This document shows positions 24,877 through 33,330 of a DNA stretch of 35,018 nucleotides, one piece after another (position 1 is the first letter of the stretch; every line of letters starts with the position of its first letter). A model generated the notes under the pieces. The model ran no database searches, was not told the origin of the DNA, and saw only the letters and a list, made by a program, of their open reading frames with translations. The stretch lies in the NCBI GenBank assembly GCA_003536295.1, contig DPZQ01000102.1:3004-38021 (forward strand). Reading direction: 5' to 3'. Origin of the DNA: Rhodobacter sp. GTDB taxonomy: Bacteria; Pseudomonadota; Alphaproteobacteria; Rhodobacterales; Rhodobacteraceae. The position numbers and the translations under genes are program-made.

Positions 24877-25598
24877 ACCTAGTTCCACGTTTTCCACCCT
24901 TGCTGCATGGTTTGGCGACGGGCCCAACCAACCCATTTACCGTAGCATGTGATCAAGCCAAAGAAGGGGTTGACGCCGGCCTTCTGACCTGGTCTGTCGG
25001 CTTCGATCGTATGCGTGCAGCTCTTGTATTGGCGCCTGAAACGGCCCTTGAGGTGGCCATGATTGGTTATGGCGCAACCGCAGTTGCGCTGCAAAACGCT
25101 TTGGGCGTTCTGGTCCCACCTGAAACCGCAGTGCATTTGCAATGGGATGGCGGGCTTCGCCTGAATGGTGGCAGCAGTGGGAAATTCTATTTCGCTGCGT
25201 CAACCAGCGACCCAAAGGCCGTTCCCGATTGGTTGGTAATCGGCCTTGAGCTACATCTTGAGCTTCCCATGGACTATGACCCTGCCAAAACCCCTGACCT
25301 TACGGCGCTTTATGCTGAAGGTTGCGGTGATATTGACCCGATTGAACTTTTGGAGTCTTGGGCACGCCACAGCATTTTGTGGATCAATGAAAGCGAAACT
25401 GCTGCTGGGCGTGCCAATGTGCACCGCGAGTTTGCGGGCCTTTTGTGGAAAAAAGGCGAGCAAGTCAGCATCCCTTTTCAGGGCCAAACAATCACAGGCA
25501 CTTTGATGGGGCTTGATGAAAGTTTCGGGGCCTTAATCAAAACTGAACAGGGCCAAACCCACCTTATTTCGCTGACAACCCTAGTTAAAGAGGTCTAG
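24873..25598 (+). CDS. biotin/lipoate protein ligase-fold protein, degenerate (BPL-like plus C-terminal DUF4444-like domain)
   Basis: The segment HLQWDGGLRLNGGSSGKF resembles the BirA KWPND...KxxGIL strand. The C-terminal ITGTLMGLDESFGALIK resembles the BirA SH3-like tail. The start overlaps the apbC stop (ATGA). Confidence 0.55.
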   Translation: MNLVPRFPPLLHGLATGPTNPFTVACDQAKEGVDAGLLTWSVGFDRMRAALVLAPETALEVAMIGYGATAVALQNALGVLVPPETAVHLQWDGGLRLNGGSSGKFYFAASTSDPKAVPDWLVIGLELHLELPMDYDPAKTPDLTALYAEGCGDIDPIELLESWARHSILWINESETAAGRANVHREFAGLLWKKGEQVSIPFQGQTITGTLMGLDESFGALIKTEQGQTHLISLTTLVKEV

Positions 25599-25600
25599 CC

Positions 25601-26080
25601 ATGTATCTTGCTCGCGCCATTCACTTTGATGAAAGTGACATGAATGTTTTTCATAAGCCCGCCCGTACGGGTGAATGGGCTATTTCAGGTGGTTTTGAAT
25701 TTTCAAATTGGAGCGATGGCGATCTGGTAGGCAAGGCCCGTCAGGCCTTTGCGAATGGTTGGCTGGGAATTGAAACATTTGGCCGTGTCACCTTTGTTGC
25801 CGTGACCAAGGTTGAGCCAACTGAATATCAAGCTTTGCTTGAACATTTGGCCAACCACTTCGTAGAAGTTTATGGCGCCCCCTCAAAAGAGGCCGGCTTG
25901 ACCGTCGCACAAGAAGAGATACAGCATATGGCCGATCTGTGCGACGACCATGACCCCAACACCGTTTTAACAGTGTTGCGTGAATTGTCTGATGTGGGTG
26001 TGAAAGAGCAGTTTCGCTTTATTGAAGCTTCGGCTGCTGATCTTGATCAGTTGGCCATTCACGGCTCGCTTGATGAGTGA
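25601..26080 (+). CDS. 159-aa conserved hypothetical protein (possibly DUF6505)
   Basis: The ATG lies 2 nt after the previous stop, which suggests translational coupling. I recognise no catalytic motif, and the family name is an uncertain recollection. Confidence 0.45.
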   Translation: MYLARAIHFDESDMNVFHKPARTGEWAISGGFEFSNWSDGDLVGKARQAFANGWLGIETFGRVTFVAVTKVEPTEYQALLEHLANHFVEVYGAPSKEAGLTVAQEEIQHMADLCDDHDPNTVLTVLRELSDVGVKEQFRFIEASAADLDQLAIHGSLDE

Positions 26081-26117
26081 TGGCCCTTCAAGGCCGTTTT
26101 TCACTCCAATCGACAGA

Positions 26118-26918
26118 TTATTTAGGTTGCGCGTTAAAGACAAACAGCTTTTTCCCGTCGATCTGATAGCCTTCGATTAATGCTTTGGCTCGTGGGCTGA
26201 CCAGCCACGCCTCCAACCGCTTAGCGGCTGCAACATTCATATGGGCGTGTTTTTCAGGATTGACGGGAATATAGGCATATTGGTTGAATAACAGCGGATC
26301 ACCTTCAAAAACGATTGCAAGATCTTGTTTGTTGCCAAAGTTCAGCCAGCTGGCGCGGTCTGCCAAAATATAAGCATTCATGCCGGCGGCGGTGTTCAAA
26401 GCAGCGCCCATCCCTTGGCCGACTGACTTATACCAGTCACCTTCGGGAGTGATATGGGATTTTTTCCAAAGGTTCAGCTCCACCTTATGAGTACCGCTAT
26501 CGTCGCCACGGCTGACAAAATCGGCTTTGCTTTGCGCGATTTTGTCAAAGGCTTCCACCGTTAGGGCTGATGATTTGGCTTGGGCTGGGTCGACGCTTGG
26601 GCCGATGATAATGAAATCATTATACATAATTTCGCGGCGATGGGTACCAAAGCCTTGGTCTATGAACTTATCTTCTGCGGGGCGTGAGTGCACCAAAATT
26701 GCGTCTACGTCGCCTTGCTCTCCCAATTTGATTGCTTGGCCAGTGCCCACGATCAAAAGCTGTACATTCAGATCAATATCGGCCTGAATTTCTGGTAAAA
26801 GCACTTCCGCCAAGCCCGAGTTGGCGAATGAGGTTGTCACGGCCATTTTAAAATCTTCGGCAATTGATGCCAATGGTGCACAGGTCAAAACGGCGGCTAA
26901 AACCGCTTTTTTTATCAT
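26118..26918 (-). CDS. tupA: tungstate ABC transporter periplasmic binding protein (TupA-like)
   Basis: Signal peptide MIKKAVLAAVLTCAPLASIA, then the MAVTTSFANSGL motif (the TTS anion-binding motif of TupA-type proteins) and HSRP...GTH. The start overlaps the tupC stop (ATGA). Confidence 0.7.
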   Translation of the reverse strand: MIKKAVLAAVLTCAPLASIAEDFKMAVTTSFANSGLAEVLLPEIQADIDLNVQLLIVGTGQAIKLGEQGDVDAILVHSRPAEDKFIDQGFGTHRREIMYNDFIIIGPSVDPAQAKSSALTVEAFDKIAQSKADFVSRGDDSGTHKVELNLWKKSHITPEGDWYKSVGQGMGAALNTAAGMNAYILADRASWLNFGNKQDLAIVFEGDPLLFNQYAYIPVNPEKHAHMNVAAAKRLEAWLVSPRAKALIEGYQIDGKKLFVFNAQPK

Positions 26919-27631
26919 GCCAAGATGCCTCCGTTCAAAAATGTTAAAGCTTCGCTCGTTGCCGGGGTGGTAAAGAATGTAGCGCTGGGGCCTTGGTCAT
27001 GCAAAAGACCGCGATACAAAAATATAACGTCATCGGCCAAGCGGCGGGCTTGGGCGACGTTATGGGTCGACATGATCAGCCTTGTACCATTGGCTTTTTC
27101 ATCCATCAAAATGGCTTCGATGTCTTTGGTGGCGCTGCCGTCTAAATTGGCGCATGGTTCGTCCAAAAACAGCACTTGGGGCTTGCGGACCAGTGCGCGC
27201 GCCAGCGCTAGCTTTTGCTTTTCTCCGCCCGAAATTGCTGTGCCCATTACCCCAAGCAGACCACCCAACCCAATTCTTTCGGCTATCTCTTGCGCGCGAG
27301 CATAAGCTGTGGCTTTCGTGGACCCATCAACAAGTAGCGGATAGGCAATGTTGTCCAAAACGGTGCGGCGCAAAAGAATAGGCGTTTGAAAAACAAAAGC
27401 CTGAGATTTGCGGGCTGCAAGGGTGGTGCAGGCCCAATATAATCGGCCGGATCTGATATGCTCTAGCCCATGCATAGTTCGTAAAAAAGTGGTTTTGCCG
27501 CTACCGTTGGGCCCAAGTACAACAGTAATGCCGCGCCCCGACAGCTTATAGTCCAGCGGACCCAAAATACGTTTACCCTGTTTGACAACCTGCACTTGCG
27601 ACAGTGTCAGAGGAAGGATCGGGGTTACCAT
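26915..27631 (-). CDS. tupC: tungstate ABC transporter ATP-binding protein (TupC-like)
   Basis: Walker A GPNGSGKT, signature ISGGEKQK, and Walker B LFLDEP. It overlaps the tupB stop by 7 nt. Confidence 0.7.
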   Translation of the reverse strand: MVTPILPLTLSQVQVVKQGKRILGPLDYKLSGRGITVVLGPNGSGKTTFLRTMHGLEHIRSGRLYWACTTLAARKSQAFVFQTPILLRRTVLDNIAYPLLVDGSTKATAYARAQEIAERIGLGGLLGVMGTAISGGEKQKLALARALVRKPQVLFLDEPCANLDGSATKDIEAILMDEKANGTRLIMSTHNVAQARRLADDVIFLYRGLLHDQGPSATFFTTPATSEALTFLNGGILA

Positions 27632-28329
27632 CGGCTGCCCCTCTCGGTGCGTGAGATATGGTGCATCACCAGATTAACGAGTAATGCACTGGCTATCAGT
27701 ACAAATCCCAATGCTAAAGCCATGGCGAAATTGCCTCGCCCCGTCTCTAGTGAGATGGCAGTGGTTAACACCCGCGTGGCATGTTCGATATTGCCACCCA
27801 CGATCATAATCGCCCCCACCTCGCCTATGGCGCGGCCAAAGCCTGTCAGGCTGGCAGTCATCAGGCCGCGCTTACTGTCCCATATTAAAGTACGGGTGCG
27901 TTGCCAGCGGCTGGTGTTGATTGAAATTAGTAGATCGTGATATTCAGCCCAAAGATCACGTACGACCTGATGAGCAACCGACGCGATGATCGGCGATATA
28001 ATGATGGTTTGGGCGATCACCATGGCTGAGGTTGTGAACAAAAGCCCCAACACCCCTAAGGGTCCCGAGCGCGACAAGATCACATAAACCATCAACCCGA
28101 TGACTACAGGCGGTAAGCCCATCAAGGCGTTCATTACCGCAATGACCAAACGGCGAAATCGAAACCGCGATATGGCTAGCCACGCCCCCAATGGCAGGCC
28201 AATGGCCACAGATAAAAGCGTGGCTGTGAGCGTCACTTTGAACGAGCGAGCGGTGATTTCGATTAAGGTTGGGTCAAGACTGATAATCAGCCTGCCGGCT
28301 TGGGTCAAGCCGGCCCAAATATCATTCAT
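27625..28329 (-). CDS. tupB: tungstate ABC transporter permease (TupB-like)
   Basis: A 234-aa polytopic membrane protein of the small anion-ABC permease type, in the same operon as the binding protein and ATPase. Confidence 0.7.
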   Translation of the reverse strand: MNDIWAGLTQAGRLIISLDPTLIEITARSFKVTLTATLLSVAIGLPLGAWLAISRFRFRRLVIAVMNALMGLPPVVIGLMVYVILSRSGPLGVLGLLFTTSAMVIAQTIIISPIIASVAHQVVRDLWAEYHDLLISINTSRWQRTRTLIWDSKRGLMTASLTGFGRAIGEVGAIMIVGGNIEHATRVLTTAISLETGRGNFAMALALGFVLIASALLVNLVMHHISRTERGSRW

Positions 28330-28406
28330 AAATTTGCGCCATGTTGCTGTTTTTAAATGCTTAAGGGTAATGGCCCGTAATCACAAGTCTGAAGTAGAGC
28401 ATGGAG

Positions 28407-28438
28407 TTTTGGCGCCCAATGGTGGGAGGGCGCCAAAA
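28407..28438 (-). other. 11-bp stem-loop between the NAD-FDH alpha gene and tupB
   Basis: TTTTGGCGCCC (28407-28417), a 10-nt loop, and GGGCGCCAAAA (28428-38), 4 nt downstream of the fdhF stop on the transcribed strand. No 3-prime U-tract follows, so it could be a partial terminator or an RNA stabiliser. Confidence 0.55.
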
Positions 28439-28442
28439 GCTT

Positions 28443-31199
28443 TTAGGCGGCTGACATTTTTACCGCCGCAAATTTAAACTCAGGAATTTTTCCAAATGGA
28501 TCAACGGCAGAGTTGGTTAGAATATTTGCTGCAGCTTCGACATAGGCAAATGGCACAAAGACCATATCTTTGGCTACGCTGCGATCTGGCCGTGCCAACA
28601 TCACAATCGAGCCGCGCCGAGTTTCAAGCCGCACCATACCGCCCAGCTCAACCCCCAATTCGCGCAACGTTTCCGGATGGACCGAGCAGTTGGCCTCCGG
28701 TTCGATGCTGTCTAGCACTATCGAGCGGCGCGTCATAGAGCCGGTGTGCCAATGCTCAAGCTGACGGCCCGTGGTTACGATCATTGGGTATTCTGCATCT
28801 GGCAATTCGTCAGGCGAAATAATCGACGCGGGTGTGAATTTGGCACGTTTGTTTGCGCGTGGGAAGCCATCACTAAATACAATGGGTTGGCCTGGATCTT
28901 GTGGGCTTAAGCTTGGGTAAGTGACTGCGTTTTCCACGCTAAGACGATCCCAGGTGATATTGTCGAGTGACTTCATATTCAACTTCATCTCGGCAAAGAT
29001 ATCGGCTGGTGAGTTATAGCTCCAGCCCAGGCCCAAACGATTGGCCAGCTGCGTCGTGATCAACCAATCTTCGCGCGCCTCCCCAGGAGGGGTGACTGCT
29101 GCACGTCCCATTTGTACTTGTCGATTGGTATTGGTTACTGTACCGGATTTTTCATAAAAAGCCGCAGCAGGCAAAATGACATCTGCATAATTGGCAGTCT
29201 CTGTGATGAAAATATCTTGCACGATCAGATGCTCAAGCTTTTCTAGTGCGTGGCGCGCATGGCTAACATCGGGGTCTGACATAGCGGGATTTTCACCCAA
29301 AATATACATGCCCTTGATGCTTCCTTGGTGTACCGCTTCTAAGATTTCTGTCACGGTCAGACCTTTTTGATTTGAAAAGTCTTGCGAACCCCAAACAGTG
29401 GTAAAATTTGAACGGATTTGGTCATCTGTGACGGTTTGATAGTCGGGCAAGAACATCGGAATTAGACCTGCATCTGAGGCTCCTTGTACGTTGTTTTGGC
29501 CCCGTAAAGGATGCAGACCTGCGCCTGGTTTGCCGACATTCCCTGTCATCAAAGCCAAAGAAATTAAGCAACGTGAGTTATCGGTGCCGTGGATATGTTG
29601 GCTAATCCCCATGCCCCAAAAGATCATGCCTGCTTTGGCATTGGCAAATAACCGAGCTACCTCGCGCAAAGTCTGGGCTGGAATACCACAGATTTCTTCC
29701 ATTTTTTCAGGTGAGAAATTGGCCAGATGTGCCTTCTCAGCTTCCCAGTTTTCGGTATATTTATCGATATAATCTTGGTCATAAAGACCTTCCTCGACGA
29801 TGACATGCATGATTGCATTCAGCATCGAAACATCTCCGCCTGGACGAAACTGCAACATATGTTCCGCATGGCGCTTCATTGCAGTGCCGCGCGGATCCAT
29901 GATGATCAGTTTGCCGCCGCGTTTGGTGAATTGTTTGAAGAAGGTTGCAGCAACAGGGTGGTTTTCGGTTGGATTAGCGCCGATCACAATCGCTACGTCA
30001 GAATGTTCAATTTGGTTAAAGGTCGCTGTCACGGCTGCCGAGCCCACATTCTCCATCAAGGCTGCGACAGATGAGGCGTGGCAAAGTCTGGTGCAATGGT
30101 CGACATTATTATGACCAAATCCTTGGCGGATCAGTTTTTGAAAGGTGTAGGCCTCTTCGTTGGTGCATTTGGCCGAACCAAAGCCAGCGATTGTGGCACC
30201 GCCATGTGCTTGCGCTAAGTTGGACATGCCATTGGCCGCAAAATCAAGCGCCTCATCCCATGTGGCTTCGCGGAAATGGGTAAAGGGATTGCCAGGGTCG
30301 ACATTCAGACCTTTGGGTGCATTTTCTTTGCGGATCAAAGGTTTTGTTAAACGGTGTGGGTGGTGGATATAGTCATATCCAAACCGCCCCTTCACGCAAA
30401 GCCGCCCCTCATTTGCAGGCCCATTGATACCTTCGACATAAACGACCTTATTTTCCTTCATGCGCAAGCTGACCTGACATCCAACCCCACAGAATGGGCA
30501 GATGGATTGAACTTCTTTGTCAAAGTCCATCCGATCACCTAACTGGGCACTATCAACGACCGAAGCGGGCATCAACGCGCCTGTGGGGCAGGCTTGCACA
30601 CATTCGCCGCAAGCCACGCAGGTGCTGTCACCCATCGGATCGCCAAAGTCAAAGGTCGGATAGGCGTCGTGCCCGCGCCCTGCCATGCCGATCACATCAT
30701 TAACCTGCACGTCACGGCAAGCCCGCACGCAAAGGCCACATTGGATACAGGCGTCTAAATTGACCCGCATTGCCACATGGCTATCATCAAGCAAGGGAAT
30801 GTGTTCTTTCTTTAGGCTTGGAAAACGACTTTTGGCCACGCCATTTGCTTTAGCCATATCCCAAAGATGGCTGGATTTATCATGGGCTTGGTCTTGGTTT
30901 GGCTGATCTGCAAGCAAAAGCTCCATCACCATTGCGCGCGACTTTATGGCCCGCTCACTAGTGGTTTTGACAACCATACCATTGGTGGCATTACGACAGC
31001 ACGAGGCGGCAAGCGTGCGCTCCCCATCAATCTCAACCACGCAGGCGCGGCAGTTGCCGTCAGGATTATAACCCATTTGGTCTTTGTGGCAAAGATGCGG
31101 GATTTCGGTACCGTTGCGTTTTGCCACGTCCCAAATAGTTTCGCCTTGCGCTGCGGTGACTTCTGTCCCGTCTAGCATGAATTTGATTTGCTCAGTCAT
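28443..31199 (-). CDS. fdhF: NAD-dependent formate dehydrogenase alpha subunit (FdsA/Fdh1A type, Cys-type)
   Basis: N-terminal [2Fe-2S] and NuoG-like Fe-S motifs (CHKDQMGYNPDGNCRACVVE, CIQCGLCVRAC, CVACGECVQACP, CPFCGVGC) and an active-site segment HCTRLCHASSV. There is no Tat signal. The start is set at ATG 31199 (GAGG 6 nt upstream), 1 nt after the beta gene stop. Confidence 0.9.
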   Translation of the reverse strand: MTEQIKFMLDGTEVTAAQGETIWDVAKRNGTEIPHLCHKDQMGYNPDGNCRACVVEIDGERTLAASCCRNATNGMVVKTTSERAIKSRAMVMELLLADQPNQDQAHDKSSHLWDMAKANGVAKSRFPSLKKEHIPLLDDSHVAMRVNLDACIQCGLCVRACRDVQVNDVIGMAGRGHDAYPTFDFGDPMGDSTCVACGECVQACPTGALMPASVVDSAQLGDRMDFDKEVQSICPFCGVGCQVSLRMKENKVVYVEGINGPANEGRLCVKGRFGYDYIHHPHRLTKPLIRKENAPKGLNVDPGNPFTHFREATWDEALDFAANGMSNLAQAHGGATIAGFGSAKCTNEEAYTFQKLIRQGFGHNNVDHCTRLCHASSVAALMENVGSAAVTATFNQIEHSDVAIVIGANPTENHPVAATFFKQFTKRGGKLIIMDPRGTAMKRHAEHMLQFRPGGDVSMLNAIMHVIVEEGLYDQDYIDKYTENWEAEKAHLANFSPEKMEEICGIPAQTLREVARLFANAKAGMIFWGMGISQHIHGTDNSRCLISLALMTGNVGKPGAGLHPLRGQNNVQGASDAGLIPMFLPDYQTVTDDQIRSNFTTVWGSQDFSNQKGLTVTEILEAVHQGSIKGMYILGENPAMSDPDVSHARHALEKLEHLIVQDIFITETANYADVILPAAAFYEKSGTVTNTNRQVQMGRAAVTPPGEAREDWLITTQLANRLGLGWSYNSPADIFAEMKLNMKSLDNITWDRLSVENAVTYPSLSPQDPGQPIVFSDGFPRANKRAKFTPASIISPDELPDAEYPMIVTTGRQLEHWHTGSMTRRSIVLDSIEPEANCSVHPETLRELGVELGGMVRLETRRGSIVMLARPDRSVAKDMVFVPFAYVEAAANILTNSAVDPFGKIPEFKFAAVKMSAA

Positions 31200-31200
31200 A

Positions 31201-32886
31201 TCAGACCTCATCCGCGAAATGTTTAAGGGTAAGTTTGATCGGGTTTGGAGCTGCTTGCCCCAAGCCACAAATCGATGCGTCCGTCATTACATCGCAAAGA
31301 TCATTCAAAAGATCAGCATCCCATTTGGGGCTTTGCATCAGTTTAACAGCTTTTTCACAACCCACACGGCAAGGCGTGCATTGGCCACAGCTTTCGCTTT
31401 CGAAAAAGCGCAACATATTTAGAGCTGCATCACGTGCGCGGTCTTTATGTCCCAAGACCACAACCGCGGCTGAGCCGATAAATGTGCCGTGGGGTTGAAG
31501 TGTGTCAAAATCAAGCGGCACATCATGCATTGAGGCAGGTAAGAGACCAGACGAAGGGCCTCCCGGCTGATAGGCTTTAAACTCATGGCCTTGGGCCATG
31601 CCACCCGCCGCTGCAATCACGTCTGTGATGGTTGAGCCCGCAGCCAAAAGATACATGCCAGGATTTTTCACGCGCCCCGAAACCGAATAGCTGCGTAAAC
31701 CTTTGCGACCATTTTTTTCAACGCTGTTAAGGATTTGTGGCCCCTCGCGGCAAATGCGGGTGATCCAATGCAACGTTTCCACATTGTGCACCAAGGTTGG
31801 CATGTTGAATATGCCACTTTGCGCCACATAGGGCGGACGTTGGCGCGGGATGCCGCGCTTACCTTCAATCGATTCGATCATCGCACTCTCTTCGCCGCAA
31901 ATATACGCTCCAGCTCCACGGCGCAGATCAATAAAGCCCGCTTTAACGAAACCTGCTTCCTCTAGTGAGGCAATTTCGCGACGCAAAACCTCAAGAACAG
32001 CGGGATATTCATCGCGCATATAGATAAAGCATTTCTCCGCCTCGACAGCCCAGGCAGCGATCAACATGCCCTCAAGCATCAGATGTGGGGTGCGCTCAAG
32101 GTAATAGCGATCTTTAAAGGTGCCGGGTTCGCCCTCATCTCCGTTGACGGCTACAAAGCGTGGGCCCGCATTTGCGCGCACAAAGCCCCATTTGCGTCCC
32201 GAGGGAAAGCCCGCGCCACCGAGGCCGCGAAGGCCTGACGTCAAAAGTGTTTCTTGCACGGTTTCCCAATTGCCTGAACTGCGAAGCTTTTCTAATTCGG
32301 AATAACCACCCGCGGCGCGGTACTCTTCCAATGTTTCATATTGTGGCATATGGGCGTGTGTATCACCGGCCGCGATGGCCGCTGTCACTTTTTCAACCGT
32401 TGCGTGGTCGATATGATTATGGCCAATTTCCAAAGTTGGTGCCGTATCGCATCGCCCCATACAAGGGGCGCGCAGCACGCGTACTTGGCTTGGGTTGGCA
32501 CCACTTTCAAGGGCGGCTATCAGTTGTTCGGATCCAGCCAATTCGCAGGACAAACTTTCACAAACCCGAATGGTCAAAGCGGGCGGCGTGGCCTCATCTT
32601 CGCGGATAGGATCAAAATGTGCGTAAAATGTAGCCACTTCCCACACTTCGGCCATGGAAAGACGCATCTCTTCTGCCAAAGCGCGCAAGTGCGGCGCTGA
32701 AAGATGGCCAAACTTATCTTGAATAAGATGCAAAAACTCGATCAACAAATCGCGTGAGCGCAGGCGGTCACCCAAAAGCCCTTGCACATCGGCCCAAGCC
32801 TTATCGTCAAGTTGGCGGCCTTTGGAGGTTAAACGGCCTTTGCCTTTGCCAGATTTCCAAACACCTTTGTTATCATCAAGCGCCAT
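31201..32886 (-). CDS. NAD-dependent formate dehydrogenase beta subunit, NuoE-like/NuoF-like fusion (Fdh1B type)
   Basis: The N-terminal third has a thioredoxin-like [2Fe-2S] pattern (CESLSCELAG...CMGRCDTAP). The remainder is NuoF-like (GLRGLGGAGFPSGRKWGF for FMN/NADH, SCGQCTPCRVG for [4Fe-4S]). Confidence 0.85.
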   Translation of the reverse strand: MALDDNKGVWKSGKGKGRLTSKGRQLDDKAWADVQGLLGDRLRSRDLLIEFLHLIQDKFGHLSAPHLRALAEEMRLSMAEVWEVATFYAHFDPIREDEATPPALTIRVCESLSCELAGSEQLIAALESGANPSQVRVLRAPCMGRCDTAPTLEIGHNHIDHATVEKVTAAIAAGDTHAHMPQYETLEEYRAAGGYSELEKLRSSGNWETVQETLLTSGLRGLGGAGFPSGRKWGFVRANAGPRFVAVNGDEGEPGTFKDRYYLERTPHLMLEGMLIAAWAVEAEKCFIYMRDEYPAVLEVLRREIASLEEAGFVKAGFIDLRRGAGAYICGEESAMIESIEGKRGIPRQRPPYVAQSGIFNMPTLVHNVETLHWITRICREGPQILNSVEKNGRKGLRSYSVSGRVKNPGMYLLAAGSTITDVIAAAGGMAQGHEFKAYQPGGPSSGLLPASMHDVPLDFDTLQPHGTFIGSAAVVVLGHKDRARDAALNMLRFFESESCGQCTPCRVGCEKAVKLMQSPKWDADLLNDLCDVMTDASICGLGQAAPNPIKLTLKHFADEV

Positions 32887-33102
32887 GTTTCATCAGTTCC
32901 AATTGGGATGCCGCGTCACCGCTGGCACAGGTTTAAATTCTGGGGCCATCCTTCGGGGTATTTTGCTCTAAAATCAAGATCAAATTTACGTTAGATAATA
33001 GCTTTAGACTATCAATTATAGTTTGACATCTGCGTTAAAGTTCTCGTGAAAGCTCTGCAAGGCCCCCATAGACAAGCGGGGTTTTGCTGCTAAAGTCGGC
33101 GC

Positions 33103-33330
33103 ATGAATTGGTCAACAGAATTAGATACATTGGGGCTTTTATGCCCCTTGCCCGTGCTCAAAGCGCGCAAACATTTGTCAATGATGCAATCGGGCGAACG
33201 GATGCGGCTTTTGGCTAATGATCCGATGGCACAAATTGACGTACCACATTTCTGCACGACCGCAGGTCATCGCCTTATCAGCCAAGAAAAAAATGGTGAT
33301 CAACTGGTCTTTTTGATAGAGCGCGCCTAG
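33103..33330 (+). CDS. TusA/SirA-family sulfur-carrier protein
   Basis: A 75-aa protein with the conserved active-site motif DTLGLLCPLPVLKARK. Confidence 0.8.
   Translation: MNWSTELDTLGLLCPLPVLKARKHLSMMQSGERMRLLANDPMAQIDVPHFCTTAGHRLISQEKNGDQLVFLIERA

Noticed and set aside
26081-26117. A possible bidirectional terminator between the convergent 159-aa gene and tupA (GGCC-CTTCAA-GGCC followed by T5).
   Set aside because: The stem is only 4 bp, which is too weak to call.
31200-31268. The 23-codon extension of the NAD-FDH alpha ORF, and the similar extension of the gamma ORF (15465-15527).
   Set aside because: The alpha extension overlaps the end of the beta gene, and the internal ATG at 31199 has a GAGG RBS. 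The gamma extension starts at a TTG inside the 12-bp palindrome and precedes a signal peptide that begins at ATG 15464.
32887-33102. A possible Moco riboswitch or other structured leader upstream of the NAD-FDH operon or the tusA-like gene. This includes the 10-bp hairpin at 33057-33087, which has two G-U pairs.
   Set aside because: I cannot recognise the conserved Moco-motif core by eye. The hairpin is plus-strand specific and short. A covariance-model scan would be needed before claiming anything.
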